Shown: positions 51,523-61,981 of the stretch, piece after piece
How positions within the stretch are numbered: the stretch's first letter is position 1
How the letters are laid out: every line of letters starts with the position of its first letter
From: a virus
Lineage: Duplodnaviria; Caudoviricetes
IMG/VR virus record: IMGVR_UViG_3300028833_000053
Reading direction: 5' to 3' (one strand)
DNA length: 64,000 bases
Made by a program: the position numbers and the translations under genes
Notes under the pieces: model-generated
The model's input: the letters and a program-made list of their open reading frames with translations, nothing else
Databases searched by the model: none
Told to the model about the DNA's origin: nothing

Positions 51523-51611
51523 TGGTAGGGCCGGCGCGACTCGAACGCGCAATGTCCATACGGACGACGGATTAGAAATCCGTTGGATTCTCCAATTCTC
51601 CGCACGACCCC
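51523..51611 (-). tRNA. tRNA with UCU anticodon (nominally Arg) and long variable arm
   Basis: Acceptor GGGGTCG/CGGCCCT-ACCA; anticodon arm ACGGA-TTTCTAA-TCCGT; variable hairpin GTCC-GTAT-GGAC; T arm GCGCG-TTCGAGT-CGCGC. Confidence 0.9.
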
Positions 51612-51619
51612 ATATAAAT

Positions 51620-51740
51620 CCACACCGCTAGGCTTTAGACCAATGGTTCTCCGTCCCCATTGGAAGACTCGCCGCGGTCATTACCCATCGCAAACCAACC
51701 CAATCCGTCAAGGGCAACAGTCTTTACTACCCGGTCACAC
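51620..51740 (-). ncRNA. Candidate structured RNA upstream of the tRNA
   Basis: Lies between a promoter and the tRNA; AAGACT/AGTCTT, CCAATGG/CCATTGG and ACCG/CGGT pairings. Confidence 0.35.
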
Positions 51741-51746
51741 ATAACA

Positions 51747-51775
51747 ATTATACGCCAAAACCAATCAAATGTAAA
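51747..51775 (-). promoter_or_regulatory. Sigma70-type promoter for the RNA cluster
   Basis: TTTACA-17-TATAAT. Confidence 0.65.
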
Positions 51776-51997
51776 TCAATCCGTGCAATCACCGGACTCA
51801 AACTCCTTCGCCGTCTTGGAATTCCCACCCACCAGAATCAGAGCATCCCCGCCAAGAAGATCGGTGCTTGTTACGGCAATCCCAAAAGGCGCAACCTTGC
51901 CATATTCGGTCTGGATGAACACCGGAACGTTACCATGAATCTTGAGCAGTTTCTGGCAACCACGAACAAAGTCCTTCAATCCCGTGTACTTTGGCAT
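51776..51997 (-). CDS. Hypothetical protein
   Basis: GAGGA RBS. Confidence 0.6.
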   Translation of the reverse strand: MPKYTGLKDFVRGCQKLLKIHGNVPVFIQTEYGKVAPFGIAVTSTDLLGGDALILVGGNSKTAKEFESGDCTD

Positions 51998-52000
51998 AAT

Positions 52001-52381
52001 TCACTTCCTCTTTGAAGCTTCCCACTTTCCATCCTTGAACAAGTACCAATAGTCGGAACCCGCCCAATGCTTGAAAGCATCTTCATCCTCATGCTCGGCT
52101 GGCTTCACATCCTCCCAGTCCTCTCCACGGTCTCTGTGATAGGCAACCGTTATTCCATCAAAGCAGTGTTCAAAGGAATGCTCCACGCCCTCTGGAATGT
52201 CAACCTCCTTGTCAACGGAAGAGCAATCGCCAAGGGCAATCAACTTGTCAATCTTGGCAGGGTCTTTGTAGTTCTTCTTGAGCAGCTTTCCCAAATAGTC
52301 TGGGTAGCCGTCGCAGTTGACGTAAATGGAAGTCACAGTTCCATTGTCGTTTTTCTTTCCAACGAATGCTGGTGTTGACAT
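52001..52381 (-). CDS. Phage hypothetical protein
   Basis: MST...SIY...DGYP.YLG..L, AYHRDRGE, YLFKDGKW; promoter TTTACA-17-TATACT at 52420-52448. Confidence 0.75.
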   Translation of the reverse strand: MSTPAFVGKKNDNGTVTSIYVNCDGYPDYLGKLLKKNYKDPAKIDKLIALGDCSSVDKEVDIPEGVEHSFEHCFDGITVAYHRDRGEDWEDVKPAEHEDEDAFKHWAGSDYWYLFKDGKWEASKRK

Positions 52382-52430
52382 GTGTTTATTGTCCTTTCAA
52401 GTTGAAATCATCCAACAGAAGTATACCACA

Positions 52431-53117
52431 TCAGAAAGAAAATGTAAAGGCCGTTCCCACTACATGAGAAGGTTGCCATTCGTGACTTGAAGTTGATTTC
52501 AATTCAACAAGGCGGTAGAAAAGGGAAATGGCACAATTCTGATTCAATTTGACCTGAAAGCCGAAGTCCGTCCAAAACTGCCCAAACTTGTCGTTTTTCC
52601 TTATCTCCCTGTCCTTTGACCCTTCGTCAAAGTACCACTCATAGGAGACATAGGGTCTTACTGGGCATCCCCAAGCCTGCACCACCTCGGGCATTGTGAC
52701 CTTTGACAAGTTCCTGTACCTGAAATATGGACGCTCGTTTTCCAAGTCACGCATGATGAACCTTGACCTGTTCATGAAATCAAAGCCCTTGTACGATTGG
52801 TAGAAAGCCAGGTTAATTCCGGGGCGGTTGTCATGCCTGTATTTGGAAGAACTTCCAACCCTTCTCAACAACACGAAATCGTCCTGCAACCCAATTGACA
52901 TCCAATCAAGCATGCGCCAATTTACGAACAGAGTTGTATGGAATTCGTCAAGTTTTCGGTCCTTGTCAACCGTCCCGATTCTGCTTTCCTCGGACGCGCC
53001 GATGGAGAGATTGTGTGGAAATCTCTTCTGAACCTCCAAGGTGTTCCAAGTGCCAAAATCGTTGGCGAACATGGACAGTGAGAACAAAGATACTATAATT
53101 AGTGTGAGTTTTTTCAT
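52431..53117 (-). CDS. Outer-membrane beta-barrel protein (DUF2490-like)
   Basis: Signal peptide MKKLTLIIVSLFSLSMFA, DFGTW, alternating beta strands, RYRN, C-terminal AFTFSF. Confidence 0.75.
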   Translation of the reverse strand: MKKLTLIIVSLFSLSMFANDFGTWNTLEVQKRFPHNLSIGASEESRIGTVDKDRKLDEFHTTLFVNWRMLDWMSIGLQDDFVLLRRVGSSSKYRHDNRPGINLAFYQSYKGFDFMNRSRFIMRDLENERPYFRYRNLSKVTMPEVVQAWGCPVRPYVSYEWYFDEGSKDREIRKNDKFGQFWTDFGFQVKLNQNCAISLFYRLVELKSTSSHEWQPSHVVGTAFTFSF

Positions 53118-53155
53118 GGATATGCCTTTCGTATGAACATATCCAATTATACTTG

Positions 53156-54733
53156 TCACTTGCGCAACTTCTGTGGAACTGGGGTGATTTCCCAAGGCTT
53201 GACAAGTTGCAAACGCTCCATCATCTGGGGAACCGTGTCTTTTGTTGTGCCGTTTATCATTATGGTGTGCGTGGTCTTGTAGGTATACCACGGTCCGAAG
53301 AACTGGTTGTCACCATACTCGTTCTTTTCCGTCTTTGGGTCGATTTCCTTTGTGCTGTTTGAATCAACGGGCTCATCGGGCTTCATATCATCCGTGTTGA
53401 TGACTTCCTTCTCCTTCATTTCCTCCTTGCGTCGGATGAGATAGAAGCACTGATATGGTTGGTGGCAAACCTTGTTGCCCCTTGTCAAGATGAACGTGTC
53501 TCTGTTCGCTATGGACTGTATGCAATCGTTGTAAAGGTGGCGTTGGTTGTTCCATTTCGCCTCGTCAATGAGATACAAGGTCTTGTCGTCCATAAGATAC
53601 TTCTGAAGGTCAGGCACCGACTCCTCTGCGGTGATGTCGGGGTTTGGATACAACGTGGCATCGCGCTTCGGACAGGCGTTCGGCGACTTGAACACGTTTT
53701 GCACCTTCTCGTTCAAGATAATCCTGCGCACGAACTTGTCCTTCGTTATGTTCAAGTCCCAATAGTGGCGCGTGTAGTAGTCCTTGATGAACCTAGTGTA
53801 TGACATCTTCGAGAAAGAGGTTATTGTCGGCCTCACAACCTTTGGTTCACCCGCACCCGGTTGGTAGGGGTTAACTTCGTTGTCCTGAATTTCATAAAAC
53901 CTGTTCAACTGCACAAAATTGTGCTTTGCCCTCAAACAAGTGCTGTCATCGTTGAGCTTCGCCATTCGGTACAACCGTTCCTTCTCGTCCCAAAGGATTA
54001 TGCGCGGATGGTTGTCAACGTCAAACGAACTCGGCTCCATGTACATTCGGTTTAACAGGTAGTTTATGGCGGTGAAGTAGTTGTCCTTCTGCGTTGTGGT
54101 GTAGTAGATGCATACGTCCGTCTTGCAAGGATCTTGAAGAAACGTCTTGGTTGCAACCTTCTCCAATCCAACGGCGTTTACCAAGAGACGGCAAATTATC
54201 TTCGTTATGGGTTCTGGCTCCTTCAGATTGTAGTTGGAATATTGGCACATCGAGGACAACTTGTACCAATACACTGAAATCAACTCCAAGCGGTATGTTG
54301 TGACATCAGTATGTGTGTCATGGGATATTAGCTCCATCTTGTTCACAAGGAACGTGTGGTTGAAATAGTCCTCTTTCTTGATTGGCTTCTCAACCCAATA
54401 GTCGCCAGCGGATTCCCCACGCTCGTCCTTTTTCGTTTTCTTGTCTGCAAGGTTCTCCGCCCACTGGACTTGAACCACCAAATGCGGAATTCGGAACAAC
54501 TTGCCAAGGTTTCGTTCGGTGTCCTTGTACACCAATTGACCAGTAAGGACAAGCTGATTCCACTGGTTTGTATATTCAAACAGTACTATGTTCGCCGGGT
54601 CCAGGATGATGTTCTTGTGCTTTATGTTCGTTGTGTCGAACACGATTGCCTGGAAACTCCATCCCGTTCCATCTATTACCCAATGCCCCTATGACAGTTC
54701 GGGAGCCGGCGTTGTTGAATTCGTTGTTGACAT
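53156..54733 (-). CDS. Putative baseplate/tail structural protein (1 in-frame TAG)
   Basis: ATG 54733 with AAGGA RBS; in the late operon after the head-completion gene. Function is inferred from context. Confidence 0.6.
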
Positions 54734-54748
54734 ATCAATTTCCTTTCA

Positions 54749-55246
54749 TCAAATCTTCTTTATCAAGTCCTTCTCCGTTATCACCCTGAACAACTTGCCC
54801 TTGGCGGCGCATATCTTGGCGGCCATCTTCCACTTCGCCATGTTGGTTGCAAAGGTCCGCACTGATTCATTATACTGTATTGTGTTGCGTCCACGCTTCG
54901 GTGGCACGGTCTCCCCACTGTGCTTTATCTCCACCCAAATCTCCTGCAACGTCGGTCCGTTCTTCACCCACATCACGAAATCCACGATGTAGTGGCGTTG
55001 CCTCTGCTGAACGGGATCGAAATAGGGTATCGTGTTCATTGGGTTTTCGTAGTCCCATTTCAATATGTCTGGGTTGTTGTCAAGGTAGCGTATGAACATG
55101 GCTTCCAGCTTCGACTTGAACAAGATGAACTTCGCATGTTTCAAGTTCTTCTCCGGATGGGAAAGATAGTATTTGCCACGGAGGGCTGACTTGTATTTGC
55201 CCCTCGTGGACTGACCAGGATAGAATTTTCTGTTCCGCATTGCCAT
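54749..55246 (-). CDS. Head completion nuclease (T4 gp4 / TnsA-like)
   Basis: GKY...PEK, KSKLE..F...D.NP.ILKW..E, IPY.DP, HY.VDF, VEIK, N.AKW. Confidence 0.88.
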   Translation of the reverse strand: MAMRNRKFYPGQSTRGKYKSALRGKYYLSHPEKNLKHAKFILFKSKLEAMFIRYLDNNPDILKWDYENPMNTIPYFDPVQQRQRHYIVDFVMWVKNGPTLQEIWVEIKHSGETVPPKRGRNTIQYNESVRTFATNMAKWKMAAKICAAKGKLFRVITEKDLIKKI

Positions 55247-55247
55247 G

Positions 55248-58200
55248 TCAGCTATACTCCTCCCTCAACGCAAGGCTTTTCTCGCGCCCAAGAATCTCGC
55301 CCTTGTACTTGTTGTAAAGCTCCACAATCAACATGTCTATCGTTTCTTGATTGACACCTATCGTCTCCTTGAACGCGGCAACGGCCTTGTCGTATTCAAT
55401 CTGTTTGTTGTCAACGTTCTTCCTCATGTTCTCCAGTGAAGTGAAGTCCTCAAGGTTTTCCTTCTTTATCTTCTTCACTTCCATCTTGAGCTTCATTATG
55501 TCCTCTTCGTTGTCCAACTTGTCCATCAAGAGCTTGTTGCGTATGTTGCGGTTACGCTCCCCAATGCAGGCGTTGAATATCTTCTTGTTGGCGTTGGTGA
55601 GTTCCACAATCTTGTCCTCTGCCTTTGCAACGCCATCAATCAACGTCTGAAGATTCTGCCTTTGCGTTGTCAACGTGTTAGTTGCCTATTCAAGGTTGTC
55701 CTTCGCCTGCTGCAACTTCCACATTTCGTATTGGATGTCACCCTGGAAATTGGCAGCTTGCTTGCGCGTTGCAATCTTCTCGATGTCAGATTCCCTTTGT
55801 ATCAAACCAAGGTACTTGAGATAGCCCAAAACGCGGCATTTCATCTTCTTTGCCTCAACGCTCTTGAGCATTTCCTCTTGCTCCTTTTCCCGCAACTTGG
55901 AATACGCCTCAACAACCTTGGATTTCCTTTGTGGTTGGACTGCCAACCTGGACTTTATGTCAGACACGGACCTTTTGCTTTCCGGTTCCTCGCTGTTGAC
56001 CTTCTTCCACGCCTCGATGACCTTCTTGACGTGTTCTATGTCCTTTGGCGATGCGTCTGCAACCGTCCATTCCTTCTCTTCCTCTTCCTTGGCATCCCAA
56101 CCATACTTGTCTTGGTAGTGCAACCTTCCCCTGTTTCCAATCTTGTCCTTCAACTCCATTATCAACTTCTCCAACTTCTCGCGTTGCACCAAAAGACTTT
56201 GCTTGTATTGGTTCTTCCTCAGATTGAACGCCACCTTGTTGCACTTCTTGCGGAACTCCATGAATTCCTCTTCGGACCCAAACCCCATTTCAGAATAGGT
56301 CTTGTTTCCGGCGTTGGCGGCGTACCAATCGTGCAGCAAGATTATTTCGCGTATGCTGGCGGACGCAATAGCGGTAAACGAGAAGTCGTGGCGGAGGGTA
56401 TGGCTTGAATCCCATATTTGCTCCTCCGTGTCGGCCATTTTCTGCGCGAAGTTATGTACAAGCCTGCGCACCTTTATGGTTGCGTCGGAGCACATGGTCT
56501 GCATCTTCTTCAACTGGTTCAATTCATATCCAAGGTTGTACATGTAGTTGCGCCACTTCTCCGTCTTGCGGATGAGTCCATTCAAATGGCCCGTCTGGAT
56601 TCTTTCAAGGCTTCCAACGGGATGTTCCTCTTCTTCCTCTTCTTCGCGTTTTGCCATTGCAGACCTTGGAGTTGCCTAATCGGCAAGATGATCGTTATAG
56701 CCAACCCACATGCTTCCTGAAGTTGAATCGGTGAGGGCATCTTTCATGTCATCTAGTTCATCCTTTCTTCCCCCCTGCTCCTGTTGAACCTTGTCGCCGT
56801 CAACCTAGTAGTCCTTGAATTCCTTGTTGTCAAGCCGTTCCTCAAACTTCTCCTTCCTTCCCTGGAAATTCGCCAATGCAGTATTCAGCGCGGCTGCCTA
56901 TTCGTCGGTCAACGCATTGGGATCTGCGTCTATTATGTCACTTATTTGCCTGTTTATTTCCTTGACATCAACATCGCGTATTTCGTCTATGCGTTCCTGT
57001 ATTTCCTTGATTGAACCTATTATGTTCTTGTTCAACTCCAATTTCACGGAACTTATCTTCTGACCAAGGGCGAGCTTTTGATCTATCTGGTTGTTCAACA
57101 AGTTGTTGTACTCTGCAACCAAGGCGTTCAATATTTCCTGCTTCTCGTCCTTTATTCCAATCAACTGCGCTTCCCTTGTCTTGAGTTCATCGTACTCGGC
57201 AAGCAAGTCGTAGTATTTCATCACAAGCTCCATCAAGGGCTTGTTCTTCGTGAACTCCTGAAACATGCGTTGAATAGCCAATGTCTCCTTGGTGAAGCAC
57301 TCCGAAATCTGAACTTCCTTCTGCCTTACGTTGCGGTTCAACTGCTCCAACGCAAGTTCCATTCCCTCCAACCTGTTTTTGAATTGAAGATAATGGCGAA
57401 CTTGTTTCAAGTCATAGTTTGGAATCCTCTGCCTGAAAATGGAATAATGCGACGAAGTTGTGGATTTCACCATGGGGACTTCATCGACAATTGTGGGACT
57501 CCATTTCCCGGTGCTCCTGCTTGGTCGGTCCAACGCCAATATGTTTCCATTTTCGGAATCAAATTGGCAGAAGTCCTCCTTGCATACGCAAAGTATGGTG
57601 TTTCTGTTGGACGCGGCTATCAACGCCATGTCAAGTTTACCGTCAGACCTGCGCTTGAACTGTCCATCCTTGTCCATCCTAGCCACGATATAGCCGTACT
57701 TTGACCCGAACTTGCGCTGAACCTTCACCAAATACTCGCCAGTGTGGTTCTTGTCCTTGTCTGGGTCAACCAAGGCAAAGGTGGAAATGGCGTTTATATT
57801 GTACTTCTTGAGTTGCTTCAGGTACTTTATGTGCTTTTCATCGTAGTACGCCCTTGAAGTCACTGGACGGAAATCAACGTGCGTGTTTGGAATCAAGGCG
57901 ATTTCCGTAGTGAAATCATTTGAATTGGTGAATGGGACATACAAGTTGTCAACATAAAACCCGGACTTCTTCGTGCCGGTGGAGTTGAATCCCTTTTTGA
58001 AGATGAGATTGAAAAACCTCAAAAGGACATTGGACATCCTCACTCCTTGGTACATCACCTCTTGCGTCCTTTTCTGTTGGTATTCAACACTGCCATTGTG
58101 AATGACCTTGCTCCAATCCGGCGCAAGGTTTGCAAGTTGTGGACGGAAGTTCTTGTTCAGCAAGAACCTTTCATACTCATGCCTTGAATACGCCTTGTGT

Positions 58201-58499
58201 TCCTTGTATGTGTATATGGAATCGTTTGACACGGACGAACTGTCCAATTTTATGATGTCCAAAGCCACGGCGTCACGCACGGTTGGATTGTCATACGAAA
58301 TGCCATACTTGGACAGAATGTCCCTCGGAGTTTCGTCGGAATAGTTCATTCTCCACGCATCCGAATCAAACAAGTCCTGAAAAACCTTTTTGATGTTGTT
58401 CTCGCCAGAGTCTGGAAGCGACTTGTCCAGTTCGGGCGTCTTGCAGACATACTTCGTCGATGAATCAACTATCTTGGTTCTGTTGTGTCCTTGGCTCAT
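55248..58499 (-). CDS. Large coiled-coil late protein, 1083 aa (4 in-frame TAG)
   Basis: Three track ORFs joined through TAG at 56898, 56805, 56676 and 55686, with no TAA/TGA in frame. Confidence 0.75.
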
Positions 58500-58520
58500 G
58501 TCAAAAACGCCTCCTTGCCA

Positions 58521-60206
58521 TCAATCAATGTCTCCGAAGATGCAATCGTCAACCAACTCGTCCAAGTGGCTTCCGCTTTCACAAACTTCCTTGACAAGCC
58601 CACGTCTCTTGTTGGAAATGCAATCCTCTTCAAACACGTCATTGAACGGGTCAGTTGATTCATTTGCCTGTTCTTTCTTGTTGTCACCCGGTTCGGGCTT
58701 CTTCTCCTGTTGGTTGTCGCCCTTTTCGCCGGAATTTACACTGTCCTTGCTGGAATCCTGTTTCTTGCTCCCTTCGCCGATTCCAACTTCTTCTTCCAAA
58801 CGGTCAACACGTTGCAGTAGAGACATTAGGCTTTGCATCTACTTTTCGTCAATGTTCACGTTAGCACCCCCCGCTGCATTGCCGCCAGCCTTTCCTGCAC
58901 CTGAACTACCATTGCCTGAACCGCCATTGCCCGAAGCTCCATTTCCCGAACCACCTGCGGCTCCTTTGCCTCCAGCACCTCCTTTGCCGACGGCGCCTTT
59001 TCCATCACCGCCAGCGCCACCCTCTAGATCTTTCTTACCTTCTTCACCAACCGTTTTCCAGCCATCGTTCATGTCCGCCATTTGGAAAGCCACGGAAATA
59101 GTATTGCTTTCTTGCCCTCCAGCAAACACCTGTTGCTTCAAACGTCCAAGTATGCCCCGGTTGTCAAGTGCCTTGCTTGCCATCTTCTTTCCAAAAGCCT
59201 TGTCCTCAGTCAAAACCTGCTGAACGGGAACCTCACCACTTCCATCTTCGGCCATCTTCTTCTCCTTCTTTCTGCTCCATCCCAAAAGTTGAGCAACAAA
59301 ATCCTTTGCAACCTTGTTGGTCATCTTCCAACGAATGCTGTCCAACTTGCGCTTCTCTTCTGGCAACATTTCATCTGCGGTGTATTTATGTCCAACCCTA
59401 TTGGTGTCGTTTGCCTTGACTGTTGGAGAAGTCCTTGACATAGCGTCCGTCTTTATGGCGAAAATCATCTTGTTCAAAAGGCCGCTCTTGAACTTGTGCT
59501 TGTACCAATCATCGTTGAAATCGGTCTTTATGGTAATGCGCACTGCAAGTTCGGGCCTTGGGGTGGTGTCCTCTGCGTTCAAAGTCCCACCACTTTTTGC
59601 AGATCCCCCTGCGGCTGCCTTGCTCTATTGACCATCCACCTTGCCGCCAAAGTTAGACCATCCTTTTTCCAATCCCTCTGCCAATTTCTTTGGTTGGGCA
59701 TTCACAGCCCAAAGAGAGGAAGGGTTCTTGAATATCTTTTGCAACGCAGCCCAGGCGTTTGCGTTTTCCTTTCCAGAAGCCCCTTGTTGTTCCTATATTG
59801 CGTCAAGGTTCTTCTTGACCTCATCCCATTTAGCCTGCTTCTTCCATTCATCGTCGCGCTCGCCGGCAAACTTTATCAACGCATCACGGGCAGCCTTGAA
59901 ATCCTTGAACGTACCCTTTCCCTCCTTGAAAACAGATTCCGTAAGTTTGCTCAAATCCATCAACTCACTAATTTCGCACTTTATCAAGCTGCCATACATC
60001 TCCGCACCATACTTTTGAAGCATGTTTGCATCTGCTTGACTTTTCTTCTCCATCAACTCCTTGGTATGCACGAAATACGTCCGTCCAAGATTGTTTAGCT
60101 GGGCAATCTTGTTGTACACCTTTATGGGCTTTTCACCCTCGAAGTAGATGTCCTTCACAAGGTCTTCTTTCAATATCTTCTCGTCTGATGTGTTTATGGT
60201 TGTCAT
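58521..60206 (-). CDS. Late protein with Gly-rich linker, 561 aa (3 in-frame TAG)
   Basis: Three track ORFs joined through TAGs; late motif at 60236-60243. Confidence 0.75.
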
Positions 60207-60258
60207 TACAATTCACCCTTCATCTGTTATATGGGTATTTACCATTTATGACCACAAA

Positions 60259-60294
60259 GAAAACAAAGAGGGTCTGGAGAAATCCAGACCCTTT
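60259..60294 (-). terminator. Rho-independent terminator
   Basis: AGGGTCTGGA-4nt-TCCAGACCCT followed by a T-rich run on the minus strand. Confidence 0.75.
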
Positions 60295-60323
60295 ACATAT
60301 TAGGTGAACCATATATTAAATCA

Positions 60324-60596
60324 TCAACCAACCAACTTGGACTCGTTGATGATGTAGTCAACACCATTGGGGTCGGTCCAATACATATTGTCGGAAAGCG
60401 CGTCAACAACCCCCATTTCCTCAATGAACTCGGAATCATATCCCTGTTCAGGAAGTTCCTCGTTCACAACATAGTCAATCAAAGAATCAATGTCATGTGC
60501 AACCACCGTGGATAAATCCTCGGCATTTCCCATGTTGTTCTGGTTTATGACAAGAACATAGACGTTTTTCATCTTCTTCATTGCTTTGTCTTTCAT
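60324..60596 (-). CDS. Acidic hypothetical protein
   Basis: AGGA RBS. Confidence 0.65.
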   Translation of the reverse strand: MKDKAMKKMKNVYVLVINQNNMGNAEDLSTVVAHDIDSLIDYVVNEELPEQGYDSEFIEEMGVVDALSDNMYWTDPNGVDYIINESKLVG

Positions 60597-60619
60597 GTGC
60601 GTTTCCTATCCTATTTACA

Positions 60620-61234
60620 TCAAACTTCACCAACGGGTGCCTCTTCATCGCCCTTCTCTTCGGGTCCATCCAACTCCTCATCTTCATCCTCGCCATCGGG
60701 ATGTTCGTGGCAATGCTTGCAGATGTAGGAAATCCAGCCCTTCGTCTCAACCTTGTTGTACTTGTCAAGGGGAACGCCACAAACGGCGCAAGTATCCTCC
60801 GTCATTTGATCGGCTTCACGAATGATGTTGTCCGCCAACATTTCAAGATAGTCTGCGGCCAGCCTGTGCTTGTTGGCATCAAGAACGTTCGTCATGTTAT
60901 CTGGAGGATTGGTCTCGTCATAAAGGGGAATGATCACGCCATTATCGTCAACCGTGCGAATGGTGAAGTAAAAACGCAGAGTCCCATACTTTTCCTTCAC
61001 CTGGTCTGCAACAATAGCCACGTTGTAGTTCTTGACGAATTCCATGTTGTAGAATTCAAGCACCGTGCAAAGTTGCTCAAGGATGTGATACCATCCCTTC
61101 GGGCATTCAATCCCCCAGCACATGCAAGTCTGGGTCATGTCCTTCGTCCTTTCTTGAAACAGAATGGGAAACCGCCCCATGAACTTGTCCCCGTATTCCG
61201 CATCCTTCGGTACGCCATAATATCTCAAAATCAT
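60620..61234 (-). CDS. Phage protein (QVKEKYG.LRFY motif)
   Basis: CWGIEC.KGW, QVKEKYGTLRFY, TCAVCG..GWI..C..C; promoter TTTACA-17-TATAAT at 61263-61291. Confidence 0.8.
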   Translation of the reverse strand: MILRYYGVPKDAEYGDKFMGRFPILFQERTKDMTQTCMCWGIECPKGWYHILEQLCTVLEFYNMEFVKNYNVAIVADQVKEKYGTLRFYFTIRTVDDNGVIIPLYDETNPPDNMTNVLDANKHRLAADYLEMLADNIIREADQMTEDTCAVCGVPLDKYNKVETKGWISYICKHCHEHPDGEDEDEELDGPEEKGDEEAPVGEV

Positions 61235-61291
61235 AGTAAACTCCTTTGTTGTTCTTCACTGAATTATACCACAATGAAGTTTATATGTAAA

Positions 61292-61315
61292 GAAAAAGGG
61301 GAGCTTGCGCTCCCC
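61292..61315 (-). terminator. Rho-independent terminator
   Basis: GGGGAGC-GCAA-GCTCCCC-TTTTT. Confidence 0.8.
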
Positions 61316-61607
61316 GAAAATATATTGCACCTTGCTTTTGGATATTTAGGTTTGTAGGGAGAGCGGGTGCGGAAGAACTCCCTTGGCACACACATAAAGA
61401 TTTGGTTCAAGACATTTCACTAACATACCAAACAGAACATACACACACAACCATCCAGTCAACTAGGACACATGTCTTTTTATGGGTGAACCACTCCCAA
61501 TCGAGTTTGCATTTTCAGTCATCCAACCCGGTGAAACCCTGACCTTCACACAACACTTAAATTATACGCAAAACACAGAAACGGATATAGCCAAAACGGG
61601 AAAAATC

Positions 61608-61970
61608 TTAAAATTGTTTCAGCACTTCATGGAACCTGATTCTCACGTCCTCGTAGGGAATCTCGTCCAGCATCCTTGCCAAAGTAGCTGCAAGGGACTT
61701 GTGCCTTGTCCCCTCATGATACATTTCCCAGAGTTTCTTCCTCAATGCATCCCGTGTCTCGTCAGGATGCGTGGTGAGCTTCACCGATGGTTCAAGAATA
61801 ATCTGGTTCATCGTCCAGTCAAACCCAACGTTGCAAGATTCTACCGGAACTGTTGTAGAGCATGACAGCTGCTCCTTGTCTTGCTTGTGGACGGTGATTG
61901 AATAATCCCCAAGGTTCCTGTAATGCTGCTTGAGTCCTTCAATCTTTTTTATGAATTCATCTACTGTCAT
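61608..61970 (-). CDS. Hypothetical protein
   Basis: ORF immediately downstream of tmRNA. Confidence 0.65.
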   Translation of the reverse strand: MTVDEFIKKIEGLKQHYRNLGDYSITVHKQDKEQLSCSTTVPVESCNVGFDWTMNQIILEPSVKLTTHPDETRDALRKKLWEMYHEGTRHKSLAATLARMLDEIPYEDVRIRFHEVLKQF

Positions 61971-61981
61971 TTTTGTCAAGT

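Noticed and set aside
51523-51611. Amber suppressor tRNA (the loop contains CTA)
   Set aside because: In the 7-nt loop TTTCTAA, positions 34-36 are TCT; CTA is off-register by one base.
54749-55246. Tn7 transposon (TnsA-like folds here and at 5239-6480)
   Set aside because: No tnsB/C or transposon ends; best explained as the gp4-like head-completion nuclease and a free-standing endonuclease.
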